IMG/VR virus record: IMGVR_UViG_3300028920_000023 | Strand: one strand, 5' to 3' | From: a virus | Lineage: Duplodnaviria; Caudoviricetes | DNA: 64,000 bases | In this document: piece by piece, positions 36,742 through 46,730 of the stretch | Numbering within the stretch: position 1 is the first letter of the stretch | Layout of the letters: every line of letters begins with the position of its first letter | Position numbers and translations under genes: made by a program | Notes under the pieces: generated by a model | Seen by the model: only the letters and a program-made list of their open reading frames with translations | Told to the model about the DNA's origin: nothing | Database searches by the model: none

Positions 36742-37284
36742 TTAGGTTGCACGATTAGCTCTATCAAATCTCATCGTGCACTCAATCGTCTGAATCTCAG
36801 TATCAGTATAATCCAAACCACCCCAATCAATATCTTGCGGCCAACATCCAAATAATTGCCAACGTTCACTCTCGCTTCCATCACCCTGGCGCATAATAAG
36901 GCTACCTTCCTGCTTATAAGCGCTAGGAATATACACCGGAATATTGCCAGTGTGAATACCAATCACACCATTCAGCCAATACCAGATCTCCTGTGATACG
37001 TCATTAGGTTGCTCGCCATCATACCACACCAGAGAAATCGGATCCCAATGGTGCTTGCCGGCGAAGTACGCTTGTTCTTGGTTGTGGTGCATCTCCGGCT
37101 CTTCGATGGTCGGATGAGGCCTAGACGCTTCCTTGAGGATCAGGAGAATCTCGCTAGGGAATTGGCCTGTGCCACCCCCTCCGGTGCCTCTTCCGAGTGT
37201 CTGGAATATCCACCTATGCTTGCGGCGCGTTTCCATCTTATGGTCAGGACCTTCGCCGACACCACCAATTATGAATCCAGGCAT
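36742..37284 (-). CDS. gp19: Tail tube protein, T4 gp19-like
   Basis: ETRRKHRWIF, ASRPHPTIEEPEMHH, YFAGKHHWDPISLVWYD, WQLFGCWP, IECTMRFD. Confidence 0.9.
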   Translation of the reverse strand: MPGFIIGGVGEGPDHKMETRRKHRWIFQTLGRGTGGGGTGQFPSEILLILKEASRPHPTIEEPEMHHNQEQAYFAGKHHWDPISLVWYDGEQPNDVSQEIWYWLNGVIGIHTGNIPVYIPSAYKQEGSLIMRQGDGSESERWQLFGCWPQDIDWGGLDYTDTEIQTIECTMRFDRANRAT

Positions 37285-37302
37285 GATCTTCTCCTTAACA
37301 TT

Positions 37303-38064
37303 CTATATTATTTTTGCGCACTTCTCATACTCCTTTATTAAACTACATAAATTCGAAATATCCTCAATAAACTTATCCTTTCTAGATTCAACACACATGT
37401 TCCTAGGAGAAGGATGATAGATCGGATATACATCCACACCAAACTTATCAGAATGAACGATACTACCTAAATGATTACTCATCTTCTCATCGTCAAAAAA
37501 CACATCGAAGCCGACGGCACCCAATGTGATCACCAGAATAGGTCTCAATAAAGTCAACTCAATTTCTAAGAAAGGACGACAACGTCCAGATTCCTCAATA
37601 GAAGGTTTCCTGTTTTCCGGAGTATAACATTTTACAGAATTCGTAATATAGAAATGATCTCTGGAAAGACCGAATTTTTCTACGGTTTCATTAAAAAATT
37701 TCCCAGCATCCCCGACAAATGGAATTCCGCACTGACATTCGTTATAACCGGGATTCTGCCCAACTATAAACCATCTCGAGACGTTCTTTGTGCTAAAAAC
37801 ATGCGGGTCGAAATCTTGTTGTCTACCAAGGCTACACATTGTGCAAGCATGGACAGTATCGCCCAATGGTCCCAACATTTTCTCTACTCTATGCATTTTA
37901 TTGCCTTTATTACATTGAAGTTTACTCGGATCCCAATGGAAGTTAAGTAGCTCCTGCCACATAGCTTCGTCCCTGGCGTCTGCCTCTTCTTTGAGACGCT
38001 TAAACTCTTCTTGTTCTTGTTTTTTCTTTTTGCGTTTGGCAAGGAAATCAGCAGGAAGTTTCAT
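37303..38064 (-). CDS. Family 4 uracil-DNA glycosylase ([4Fe-4S])
   Basis: CTMC, IVGQNPG, PFVGDAG, ITNSVKC, CRPFL, YHPSP. Confidence 0.88.
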   Translation of the reverse strand: MKLPADFLAKRKKKKQEQEEFKRLKEEADARDEAMWQELLNFHWDPSKLQCNKGNKMHRVEKMLGPLGDTVHACTMCSLGRQQDFDPHVFSTKNVSRWFIVGQNPGYNECQCGIPFVGDAGKFFNETVEKFGLSRDHFYITNSVKCYTPENRKPSIEESGRCRPFLEIELTLLRPILVITLGAVGFDVFFDDEKMSNHLGSIVHSDKFGVDVYPIYHPSPRNMCVESRKDKFIEDISNLCSLIKEYEKCAKII

Positions 38065-38098
38065 AAAGGGGCTAATATCGGATAATTATAAAACGACA

Positions 38099-38127
38099 AT
38101 ACCCGCTCTGGCCCCTAGAGCGGGTAT
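38099..38127. terminator. Intergenic hairpin (probable terminator)
   Basis: atacccgctct-ggcccct-agagcgggtat 11-bp perfect stem. Confidence 0.7.
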
Positions 38128-38239
38128 CGTATTAAGAAAGGAGGAACAAACGCACAAACGCGCTAAGCATGTTATTGGGTATTCGGGACCAAGGCGAAAC
38201 CCCACACAAAGGCACATGCAAGCCCTGCGATTATCCGCC

Positions 38240-38494
38240 TCACGAATCTCTTAACAACCTGGAGATTTCCGGGTCTATCAACTCAAGGACATCCGGGTCT
38301 ATAGCATGACCCTTCTCCAGGACCTCAGCTACCCATTTGGCCGTCTGGGGATCGACCGGAGTAGGGATATCTACACCCCTGATCTCTTTCGCAAGGGAAT
38401 ACAGACCGAAACCAATCAGACCAATCCCCGCCACAGCAGCCCAACAGGGAACCGCTAAAGCAATCCCATGACCAACAACGCCAAAAGCCATCAT
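38240..38494 (-). CDS. Small membrane protein
   Basis: N-terminal hydrophobic segments. Confidence 0.6.
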   Translation of the reverse strand: MMAFGVVGHGIALAVPCWAAVAGIGLIGFGLYSLAKEIRGVDIPTPVDPQTAKWVAEVLEKGHAIDPDVLELIDPEISRLLRDS

Positions 38495-38574
38495 CGACTC
38501 CTTATGACGATCTCACCCTTGCTGGAATGACACAAACACAACAGAACAAACAACAACAAACACAACAAAGCCAC
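38491..38574 (-). CDS. 27-aa hydrophobic peptide MALLCLLLFVLLCLCHSSKGEIVIRSR
   Basis: GGAGGG SD 7 nt before GTG; TGA overlaps the ATG of 38240..38494. Confidence 0.5.
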   Translation of the reverse strand: MALLCLLLFVLLCLCHSSKGEIVIRSR

Positions 38575-38638
38575 GATATAACCCTCCGTTAACAACCGAC
38601 CACTACCCTGTTGTATCGACCAAGCAACATGCAGACAG

Positions 38639-39532
38639 TTAGAGAGCGTCGTCACCATAACACCGTTCATCCATCTGCTCCCCAGTCCTCATATTAACCC
38701 ACACCTTGCGCTCATGATCACACCAAATCGCAAGAGTCGAACCATTATCTCGTTTTTGCCACTCCTTAACCCACACCCGAGATTGCCTCGTCTTCCACTC
38801 ATTATAAGACGGTTTATCGTCAAGTATAGATCTAACCTCAGCACAGCCCTCCTCGTCATCAACAGCTCCAAAAACAGCATCAAAACTTTCCTTGTAAGGC
38901 TGCATCGGATCAACAAAATATTCATCAACCCCAATTTCAGCAAGACGTCCCGTAAACTCAGCCGCGAAAGATTCGCTCCACACAGGAAGAATAGGGCTCA
39001 CATTCACATGAACCCTAATACCAGCTTCCTTAAGCTCACGTACAGCCTTAAATCTCCGTTCCGTTAGGATCGGAACTGGTTCTAACTTGGTCAAGACTGA
39101 TCTGGGGAAAGGCGTAATGGTGAAATGGACCCTAGCCCGAGGTAGCTGTTTGATCAAGTCAATATCATCAAGCACAAAAGGTGATCTTGTGAAGATGCCA
39201 ACCTTGTTCAGTTTGCCGTGCTTCAAAATAATTTCCAAAGCAGCGCTGGTCAATCTGCTTTTGCGTTCTTGGGGTTGATAGGGGTCAGTCATCGTACCAA
39301 AGACCAACCTCATGCCATCATATTTCGGCAATTCCTTCACGAGTTTGTCTCGGATATGGTCCCTTGTCCGTACGAACTCCCCCCAGTCGTTGTCTTTGTC
39401 CTTGATGAAGAACCGCACATAACAGTATGTGCAGCCAAATTGACACCCCACATATGGATTCAGACAAATATCGTAATTCTTGAATCCAGATTTGGAGATG
39501 AGTGTGCCTCTTCTTGCCGTGACAACCTGCAT
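38639..39532 (-). CDS. Radical SAM protein, spore-photoproduct-lyase-like family
   Basis: LNPYVGCQFGCTYCY (Cx3Cx2C), GTMTDPYQPQE, FTRSP. Confidence 0.85.
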   Translation of the reverse strand: MQVVTARRGTLISKSGFKNYDICLNPYVGCQFGCTYCYVRFFIKDKDNDWGEFVRTRDHIRDKLVKELPKYDGMRLVFGTMTDPYQPQERKSRLTSAALEIILKHGKLNKVGIFTRSPFVLDDIDLIKQLPRARVHFTITPFPRSVLTKLEPVPILTERRFKAVRELKEAGIRVHVNVSPILPVWSESFAAEFTGRLAEIGVDEYFVDPMQPYKESFDAVFGAVDDEEGCAEVRSILDDKPSYNEWKTRQSRVWVKEWQKRDNGSTLAIWCDHERKVWVNMRTGEQMDERCYGDDAL

Positions 39533-39598
39533 GCTTTGGGCCTCCCAGCCTTTGCACGGTTGTATCGTCGAAGAGTATCACAGAAAGTTAATTATGCT

Positions 39599-40201
39599 CT
39601 ATAACTCTTCCCTAATACCTTCATAATAAACCGCCCTCTTCTCAACACCACAAACAAAACGATACAAGAGACCCTCAGCAGACTTTACCAAATTCCGGCC
39701 CTCAGAAACTTCCTTGACAAAACCCTTTGGTAACTCAACATCCTCATCCTCAGTCTCCGTCTCAATCTCCGCAACAACACCAACCTTATCCTTCGGAGAC
39801 CGAATATCATCCACGACCCAATCACCATAACGATACCGAGTCTTCTCCATCCTAGTAGCCTTAATAGTCTCAGGCCACAACTTATCAAACATTTCTGAAG
39901 TAATAAAAGTCTCAGCCTCATCACTTTTCTTATAAAACTTGCACGTAATACTATACTCCGGGTCGTTCCCCTTGGACTTCTCCCTCCTAATACGCAAACT
40001 AAAACCAGGCTTATCAAAGAGCAAAGCCTGTTTGATCTCGGAAGGTTTCCCAACGCCATTCGGGACCTCCTTCAATTCAAACCTCTGCTCATATTCCTTA
40101 GTAACATCACCAGTAACCTCTTCTAAAATCGAAGAATATAACAGAGGAACAACATCTGGGAATTTATTATTGACCTCTTGGATATGTTCAGAAATATTCA
40201 T
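39599..40201 (-). CDS. CYTH-like triphosphatase/cyclase
   Basis: EYEQRF, SLRIRR, EAET, MEKTRY, VAEIE...LPKGFVKEVS. Confidence 0.75.
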   Translation of the reverse strand: MNISEHIQEVNNKFPDVVPLLYSSILEEVTGDVTKEYEQRFELKEVPNGVGKPSEIKQALLFDKPGFSLRIRREKSKGNDPEYSITCKFYKKSDEAETFITSEMFDKLWPETIKATRMEKTRYRYGDWVVDDIRSPKDKVGVVAEIETETEDEDVELPKGFVKEVSEGRNLVKSAEGLLYRFVCGVEKRAVYYEGIREEL

Positions 40202-40215
40202 TGAAGCTCCTTTTA

Positions 40216-40227
40216 CAAATATATTTA
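40216..40227. promoter_or_regulatory. Overlapping divergent late-promoter candidates (CAAATATA on +, TAAATATA on -)
   Basis: Between divergent ORFs 39599..40201 and 40229..40423. Confidence 0.45.
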
Positions 40228-40228
40228 T

Positions 40229-40423
40229 ATGACAAAATTTGAGAAAAAACTAGACAAAATACTATCAGAAATGCTCGGGACGCATATAAAAGCACCAACA
40301 CGAGCATTCCGAAGAGCAGGACTAACACTCAGAATAGGCAAAAGATTCGACGGACCGCCAGAAACACGATACAAGAAAATGATGACAACAAATTTCAAGA
40401 ACCAGATGACATTCTACATATAA
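40229..40423 (+). CDS. Small basic hypothetical protein (possibly leaderless)
   Basis: 64 aa; ATG 5 nt after CAAATATA, no SD. Confidence 0.5.
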   Translation: MTKFEKKLDKILSEMLGTHIKAPTRAFRRAGLTLRIGKRFDGPPETRYKKMMTTNFKNQMTFYI

Positions 40424-42150
40424 TATATAAACCTTTTCTTCTCATACCCCCATACCTTGTGATATCCGAACTTCTCACAATATTCTGATTCAGGCATTCT
40501 CATCTTGGATGCCTTATTCCACAGTGTTTTCTTATGGCAGACATACCCGAGATGATCTACATACCAGTAACTAGGTTTTACTATGCCGTCCAATCTCCAG
40601 TTAGATGCTTTATATATAGTTCCATGATGATTAAAAGTTAGATCTGCAAATGTAATTAAACATTTTATATCTGAGCGGTAAGATTTTATGGCTTTAATAG
40701 ATCGTGAAATCATAAAACTAGCAAAATTTTTCTTCTGATAAGAAGGATGTATACACAACCTTGTAAGTTCCAACATTTCTTTTGGTTTAAATCCTTGCTT
40801 ATCCGCAGATTCTTTGCGAGTTAAGGGACCATAACAAACGACTCCGATTAAAATCTCGTCACAATAGAAGCCAATATAGGTCCCTCTTTTACCTAATCTA
40901 CCAGAATAATGATATTTTCCGACGAACAAAGTAGCTTCGTCCACATCAACTGGCCTAATTACAACATCTTTAAATTCAAAATCTGTCTTCTTTACTTCCC
41001 CAATATTCAACCAATATCGGATTGTGTCCATGACCCTATCTTGGTTATCAAATTCATGCTCCCATATATACTTGATATCATACTTTGGATGATACCTTTT
41101 GGTGAATGTGGCTTTAGACCGATCTTTTGAAACAGTATGTGGTAAAGAATGCCAATAATCTCCATTTATATCAATCAATAAAGGCCTATGTATACCAAGT
41201 GATTTTTGTGGATCTATCCTACAATCCCAAATATAATAACCAACTTTGCACATCTCTGATGTATCGTCGTGATATTCTATCCCAAGATCTGCTAACATGC
41301 TGTAGAATACCTTCTGGATCAAACTTGTTCTAGGTTGGTGTAACCTGATTATTGCCATTTTCTCCCTAAATGATGATGAATTAATGATCTCTAACATTTT
41401 GTCTCTGTATTCCGGATCTTGCCATCTCTTTTTAGATGCCAGAGAAGCTTTTTTCCTCATAACATCATCACGCCACATTTCCCGTGATTTTTTAGCAATT
41501 CGTTCCCATGGTATCGTCTCTTTCCATTTACGGACCCATTCTGGATCAGAAAATAAAAGTTTATTTCGATCAGAACTTAATTTAGCCATCTTCTTTTTAT
41601 ATTCTGGATTAAGCCAGGGCATCTTACCATATTCTGACATCTGTTTACGAAAATCATCAGTAACCAGAAAATCTCTCCAATTTCCACGCATATTCCTCCA
41701 GAAAGTTGAAGAAGATTCACTCAACTTCTTCTTAAATTCCGGAGTATAGATGCCATCAAATTTCCCTTCTTTATGTGCTCTGGAACCAGAGCAAGACTGA
41801 CACGAAAAACGACCATCATTTCTACGTTTATTAGCTAAATAATTTCTGTATTTAAGAGTAATTTTACTCTTGCAAACACTACATTCTCTGGTGATAATAT
41901 CAGAATGCAAAGTCCTCCCAGAATCCTTGGCCTTCTTGGCCAACTTCCTACCAATTGCTTTTCCATTTTCTTTGACTTTACAAGAATGACAAACATATTC
42001 TTTTCTTGATAAAGTATTGACATAATATCTTATTCGCATTACCTTAATCTCTCGTATAGAACCACATCTCACACAACCCAAAGGCACTTTATCATGACTG
42101 GTAAGGTTCTCTATCGACTTTATCTCAAATATTCCTTTTGATGTCAACAT
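40414..42150 (-). CDS. Zn-ribbon/helical repeat + Vsr/DUF559-like nuclease + Mom-like GNAT fusion (copy 2)
   Basis: Two CxxC...CxxC units, W-x-(D/N)-P-E-Y repeats; YIWDCRI...IDINGDYWH...IWEHEF; YHYSG...LELTRL...ITFADLTFNHHGTIYKASNW. Confidence 0.8.
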   Translation of the reverse strand: MLTSKGIFEIKSIENLTSHDKVPLGCVRCGSIREIKVMRIRYYVNTLSRKEYVCHSCKVKENGKAIGRKLAKKAKDSGRTLHSDIITRECSVCKSKITLKYRNYLANKRRNDGRFSCQSCSGSRAHKEGKFDGIYTPEFKKKLSESSSTFWRNMRGNWRDFLVTDDFRKQMSEYGKMPWLNPEYKKKMAKLSSDRNKLLFSDPEWVRKWKETIPWERIAKKSREMWRDDVMRKKASLASKKRWQDPEYRDKMLEIINSSSFREKMAIIRLHQPRTSLIQKVFYSMLADLGIEYHDDTSEMCKVGYYIWDCRIDPQKSLGIHRPLLIDINGDYWHSLPHTVSKDRSKATFTKRYHPKYDIKYIWEHEFDNQDRVMDTIRYWLNIGEVKKTDFEFKDVVIRPVDVDEATLFVGKYHYSGRLGKRGTYIGFYCDEILIGVVCYGPLTRKESADKQGFKPKEMLELTRLCIHPSYQKKNFASFMISRSIKAIKSYRSDIKCLITFADLTFNHHGTIYKASNWRLDGIVKPSYWYVDHLGYVCHKKTLWNKASKMRMPESEYCEKFGYHKVWGYEKKRFIYYM

Positions 42151-42210
42151 GTTCTTTATCCTTCCTATGTCTTGTCACGTCCTTGATGATTCGGTAAGTA
42201 TATACATCAA

Positions 42211-42237
42211 AAAACCCAGCCTGTTGAGCTGGGTTTT
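42211..42237 (-). terminator. Rho-independent terminator after tail sheath
   Basis: aaaacccagc/gctgggtttt 10-bp stem, 7-nt loop, T-run on the minus strand. Confidence 0.85.
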
Positions 42238-42266
42238 CTGTTAAGCTGGATTTGAATGACAAAATC

Positions 42267-45122
42267 CTAGGCAGACGTAACAACACCACCAGCCTGCAAA
42301 ACTTCCTCACTGCTAAAGCTAGCCTCTGTACGGAGAACTACCAAATTAAGCTGGATGAACTCAGCAGCGCGCGTCGGCTTAAGGAAGTAAGCCACGTGTA
42401 ACTCGTTCCTATCTATTCTCTCCGGAGTATTATTGCGCTCATCACAAACCACCAAGAACGCAGTCAACCCACGGCGAGCCTGAATATCAGCCAAGAAAGG
42501 ATTACTCGCACTAACCACCCTGGCCCGGGTAATCGCATCATTCGGCTCAAAAACGAACTCACGCAAGAAATTAGTAGCATTCTTCTTAATGTAAATCAAC
42601 AACATCCGAACATTCACACGATCCAACGCAGACTGACGACGCTGCAAAGTCCTCTGACCCCAAACCGTAATCCCATCCTGCGGGAAATTCACAATCGGGT
42701 TCACAGCATTACCACTACCGTACATCAAATCCCGCTCGCCCTGAGTCAAATCAACCTCAACATCAAGCGGAGTAAGAAGACGACCACGAACAATACCAGC
42801 AGGCGCAAACCAAGTCTCAGCAACATTCTCAGTACGAGCAAAAACACTGCTCACATGCCCACTCGGAGGAATGAAAATATTCCCACCATTGAACTGGTCA
42901 AACACCTTCAACCACGGATGATACAAAGCACCATAACTGGAATTAATCGTCTGAGTCAAATCACTGAACAAAATACCATTATGCCAATCAACAACCTGCT
43001 GAGCGCGAAGACCAAACGGAGAATCCACAATGTACAAACAATCTCCACGACCCTCACAAAGCTGCAACCCCTGGCCAATCACAGCACCAGAAGTAAAGCC
43101 AGGAATCACCAGAACACTAATATCATAAACCTCCGGATTGGAGAAAGCAAAAATCCCCGTCTCCAAAGAAGGATTACCAATCACAGCACGATCAAGCTCA
43201 GAAGAATAAGCCGGATCAGTCGGAATACCATCAGCCTGACCACTCATCGCAGTACGGAAGAACGAACCAGGAGTCCGAATCTCGAAACTAGAATCATTAG
43301 GATCATTATTCAAGAACGAAGGTCTCGGAATCCACTGAACGTACGAATTACCATTCTCACCACCGTATCGAGAACCTTCATTAATCACATTACCAATGTA
43401 ACGATCATCAGTAGGATTAAAAGAAATATCCTCGATCCGATCTAGAACCTGAAGATTCCCATCCTCAATCAGCAAGACGAACCGGCCAGCAACATCACCA
43501 GCAGCCTCGCCAGCCGAGAAAATATCCAAGCTATACAACAGATTATCAACCCAAGTACCCGGAGTCTTAGCAACAAGCCAGCCTACAATATTCTGGAAGT
43601 AAGCCGAATCCAACGCACACTCATCACTAACCGGATCAACCTCACAAGAAAGAGGAGAACTTGGAGTCGTAGCACCAGCATCCGGAAGAGTCGTACGAGC
43701 ATCAAAGTAAACCCGATAAGCTTGCTTATACGGGAACTGGATACCCAACGTCTCAGCAAAACGAAGAGTTTTGAAATTAGAGGAAGTAGCCTGTAATTCT
43801 AATTGATCAAATTGATGACCAACCGAAGTCTCAACCACTACCTGCACTTCACCACCAGGAGTTATGATCGAGTAAACATCGAAGTATCTGTCCCCACCAG
43901 AAATACCACCAAGATCAATAGCGTTAGCTACCTGCTCAGCAGTTTGGGACAGACCAACCGGGATACTGAACTCGATATCCTCGGTTTCTTCTTGGCCTAC
44001 CACCTTGATCCTAACTCGGTTGTTCTCGGTTGTGATGTCGTAATACTCGGTTATTGTCGAGATGAGGTTGGACCTGGGTATGTCGTAAGCATAGAGCGTT
44101 TGTCCAACTTCCAGAGAAAATCCTTCTGTACTCACCAGCTGGATGCTCTCACCTGCCGTATCGGTCCGGAAGCACACTGTGTTGTCGGATTGTGCTACCG
44201 CGATATATGGTTCGCTGCTGGGGATGAGGGCGTTGATTGCGTCTGCGAAGTCCTCTGCAGAGTCAAAGGAGGTTCCATCAGCGATTGTGTATTCGTTTAT
44301 TGTAGACGAGTCTTGTCTGTCTACGTTGAATGAGAAGATTCTGTTGTCGGGACGTACGGTGAAGGTGAAGGTGTCGTTTGCCCCGATCGGTACGGTTCCG
44401 GTGACGACTACGGTGAAGACGAGGCCGTCTCCGATGTCGATTGGTTCACTGGTTCCGAGGGTTCCGCTTTCTACGAGGGTGTCTACTAGGACGGTTATTC
44501 CGTCGGAGTTTCGGATTACTTCGAAGTCGGCTCCGTCAAGCAGGGATCCTCCGGTTTCGGTGGGATCGCTGGTGAGGATGATGGTGTAACTGTCGTCGAT
44601 TGCACCTTCGTAGGCTGTGGGGTCTGCGAAGACGAGCGTGGCGGATGCTGGTCCTTCTGTGGTGTTGATTTCTATGTCGTTATAGTCGATGTTGCCGACG
44701 TCTGCTTCATGGAAGTTCAGGGCGTTGTCTTCGTCGATGATTCTGGTGCAGATTTTGCCGAAGTCGATGCCGGTGAATACGGGTACTCTGCCCCATCCTG
44801 ATTCTCTGGCTCCGCTGTTGTCGATGCAAATGTCGGAAAGTTCTTCCGGTTGTCCTTCTTCGCATTCGACTCCTACTCGGAGTATCCAGGCACGGGAGCC
44901 CTCTTCGAAGTATGCTAGGGCTGCGTAGCCCATAAAGCTTTCGGGAAAGGGTTGACCGAACGTATCGATATATTGCTGTGAGTTCGATACGAATGTGGGC
45001 GTTTGTAATGGCCCTCTGTTAGCTGTTCCTATAAACGCAGGGGTTAGCGCTCCTGTCGCTGTCGGAATTACGCTGAGGTCAATTTCCCGTGTAAAGACGC
45101 CAGGCGAGAGGTATACTGCCAT
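42267..45122 (-). CDS. gp18: Tail sheath protein, T4 gp18-like (start re-assigned to ATG 45122)
   Basis: MAVYLSPGVFTREID, YGALYHPWLKV, WFAPAG..RG, WGQRTL...DRVNVRML, FEPND, PTRAAEFI. Confidence 0.95.
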   Translation of the reverse strand: MAVYLSPGVFTREIDLSVIPTATGALTPAFIGTANRGPLQTPTFVSNSQQYIDTFGQPFPESFMGYAALAYFEEGSRAWILRVGVECEEGQPEELSDICIDNSGARESGWGRVPVFTGIDFGKICTRIIDEDNALNFHEADVGNIDYNDIEINTTEGPASATLVFADPTAYEGAIDDSYTIILTSDPTETGGSLLDGADFEVIRNSDGITVLVDTLVESGTLGTSEPIDIGDGLVFTVVVTGTVPIGANDTFTFTVRPDNRIFSFNVDRQDSSTINEYTIADGTSFDSAEDFADAINALIPSSEPYIAVAQSDNTVCFRTDTAGESIQLVSTEGFSLEVGQTLYAYDIPRSNLISTITEYYDITTENNRVRIKVVGQEETEDIEFSIPVGLSQTAEQVANAIDLGGISGGDRYFDVYSIITPGGEVQVVVETSVGHQFDQLELQATSSNFKTLRFAETLGIQFPYKQAYRVYFDARTTLPDAGATTPSSPLSCEVDPVSDECALDSAYFQNIVGWLVAKTPGTWVDNLLYSLDIFSAGEAAGDVAGRFVLLIEDGNLQVLDRIEDISFNPTDDRYIGNVINEGSRYGGENGNSYVQWIPRPSFLNNDPNDSSFEIRTPGSFFRTAMSGQADGIPTDPAYSSELDRAVIGNPSLETGIFAFSNPEVYDISVLVIPGFTSGAVIGQGLQLCEGRGDCLYIVDSPFGLRAQQVVDWHNGILFSDLTQTINSSYGALYHPWLKVFDQFNGGNIFIPPSGHVSSVFARTENVAETWFAPAGIVRGRLLTPLDVEVDLTQGERDLMYGSGNAVNPIVNFPQDGITVWGQRTLQRRQSALDRVNVRMLLIYIKKNATNFLREFVFEPNDAITRARVVSASNPFLADIQARRGLTAFLVVCDERNNTPERIDRNELHVAYFLKPTRAAEFIQLNLVVLRTEASFSSEEVLQAGGVVTSA

Positions 45123-45166
45123 GATCAATTCTCCTAGTTCGGCATCAAACCGCCGTTAATCATACT

Positions 45167-45174
45167 TATATTTG
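45167..45174 (-). promoter_or_regulatory. Candidate late promoter CAAATATA upstream of sheath
   Basis: YAAANATA instance in the intergenic gap. Confidence 0.55.
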
Positions 45175-45212
45175 CAGAGACTTTTTAAGATGATTAACTA
45201 GGAGAAGTCATG

Positions 45213-45509
45213 TTATGATTCTAGGTTAGAGGTATCCAATATTACTCTGATCATTCCTCTTTTAGATAAGCGCTCGATTTGCGATTCCCATAATCTGTCT
45301 TTAACGACCTCGATATGCTGATTTGGTCGTATGGGCTTATCCACAGCACCTAAAAAGAAATCCACTCTCTTGCCGTCTTCTTTCTTTGGAGATCGGAGAT
45401 GGATGGTTACCAACTGCTTGGATGTGTTCAGTATACGAACAATATCAGCCGTTTCTTTCTTGGCTTTTCTGGCTTGCATTTCCCGTACTGTTAATGGTCT
45501 CTTAGCCAT
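45213..45509 (-). CDS. Hypothetical protein
   Basis: 98 aa, AGGAGGAG SD. Confidence 0.7.
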   Translation of the reverse strand: MAKRPLTVREMQARKAKKETADIVRILNTSKQLVTIHLRSPKKEDGKRVDFFLGAVDKPIRPNQHIEVVKDRLWESQIERLSKRGMIRVILDTSNLES

Positions 45510-46386
45510 CTCTCCTCCTCGTTTCGGCTAAAGGTAGGTCCTTTTTGCCGGAAATTGTTCCTAGTAATTCTCCGGTGGCAAGTTTGCCATCACCTTCCCG
45601 TAGAGTAGTTACTGTGCCGAGAATAGTAGGAACAACTTTATTCGGAAGAGGAATCCAACCTTCCATAGTAATCCTATAATCATGACGTTTATTCTGACGT
45701 TGCTCCGCAGGAACCTCATCATCAACAGCAAAAGTCACACCATCATACGTCATAAACACCGAACCACGCAAATGATCATCCTCAACAAGAAACTCCGCAG
45801 TAGGGAAAAAACGCCTATGCAACTGATAACCAATAACCTCCAAATCCCTCTTATGCTCAGCCCACACAGACAACAAATAAGAAATCTTAGCCGGTATAGG
45901 ACGATATACAAGAGCAACCCTACTCGCATCCGAGTCAAGATACCTCTTATTCATATAATGACCCTCAGGACTAAACTTCTCATAATGAAACTCACTAGAC
46001 TCCCTAGTAATAGACATAACAGGAAGACTAATCCTACCCTTCCTAAGATCCTGCGCCCAAACCAAATAAGGCTTATCCCCACCACTAATCCTAACCTGCA
46101 ACATCCGGACACTATCCTGCGTAGGAACAGGCATACCAGCAAAATAATTCTTAATACCCCTATCCATAGTACGAAACCCAGGCTCCATGATCTCATGAAC
46201 TTCCTGGGAGATGTCTACATTCTGTCTCTCAAATAGAATATCATCCCTAGCCGTACCCTCATTCTTCATCTTCTGAAGCATAGCAGGACGGGGCTGTTCC
46301 AAACCCTTACCATCCTTCGGCGTCTCATATTGAGACGTCTGAACTATCGGATTGGACTCGTTGAAGTCAAAATCATATACTGGCAT
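45502..46386 (-). CDS. Tail terminator/completion protein, gp15-like
   Basis: ISLPVMSITR...EKFSP...PIPAKISYLLSVWAEHKRDLEVIGYQL. Confidence 0.7.
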   Translation of the reverse strand: MPVYDFDFNESNPIVQTSQYETPKDGKGLEQPRPAMLQKMKNEGTARDDILFERQNVDISQEVHEIMEPGFRTMDRGIKNYFAGMPVPTQDSVRMLQVRISGGDKPYLVWAQDLRKGRISLPVMSITRESSEFHYEKFSPEGHYMNKRYLDSDASRVALVYRPIPAKISYLLSVWAEHKRDLEVIGYQLHRRFFPTAEFLVEDDHLRGSVFMTYDGVTFAVDDEVPAEQRQNKRHDYRITMEGWIPLPNKVVPTILGTVTTLREGDGKLATGELLGTISGKKDLPLAETRRRDG

Positions 46387-46703
46387 TATTTCTTCCTATC
46401 AACGAGGTCAATGATCGTAGACTTCTTAGAAAGACGTTCAAAAGCAAACTTCACCGCCGAAGTCTGTTGCTCCACCTGCTGAGCCTTAGAACCAGACGGA
46501 TCCTGCTTGGTTTTCGGAATACCAACAGTCACACCGCTCGGCTTAAAACGCACTAGGGGCACCAACCTACCCTCTGATTTGGTTTTTATTGTCTGTTCTG
46601 CATCCTTGGCCGCAGACACAATGATCTTCTTTTTAAGATCTTTCATCTTAGCTGTAGCTAATCTTCGTATATCTTTAGTCGATTTAACAATTATTTTGGA
46701 CAT
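46386..46703 (-). CDS. Hypothetical protein
   Basis: 105 aa, AGGAGG SD. Confidence 0.7.
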   Translation of the reverse strand: MSKIIVKSTKDIRRLATAKMKDLKKKIIVSAAKDAEQTIKTKSEGRLVPLVRFKPSGVTVGIPKTKQDPSGSKAQQVEQQTSAVKFAFERLSKKSTIIDLVDRKK

Positions 46704-46717
46704 ATTATCCTCCTTTT

Positions 46718-46725
46718 TATTTTTG
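46718..46725 (-). promoter_or_regulatory. Candidate late promoter CAAAAATA
   Basis: 3 nt before the AGGAGG SD of 46386..46703. Confidence 0.55.
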
Positions 46726-46730
46726 GAGGA

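Noticed and set aside
31298-46236. Many plus-strand I/T/N/H/R-rich ORFs (e.g. 31298, 31655, 35383, 42855, 45682) and minus-strand L/V/R-rich ORFs
   Set aside because: By-products of the A+C / G+T skew patches, which deplete stop codons in alternative frames; they overlap confident genes.
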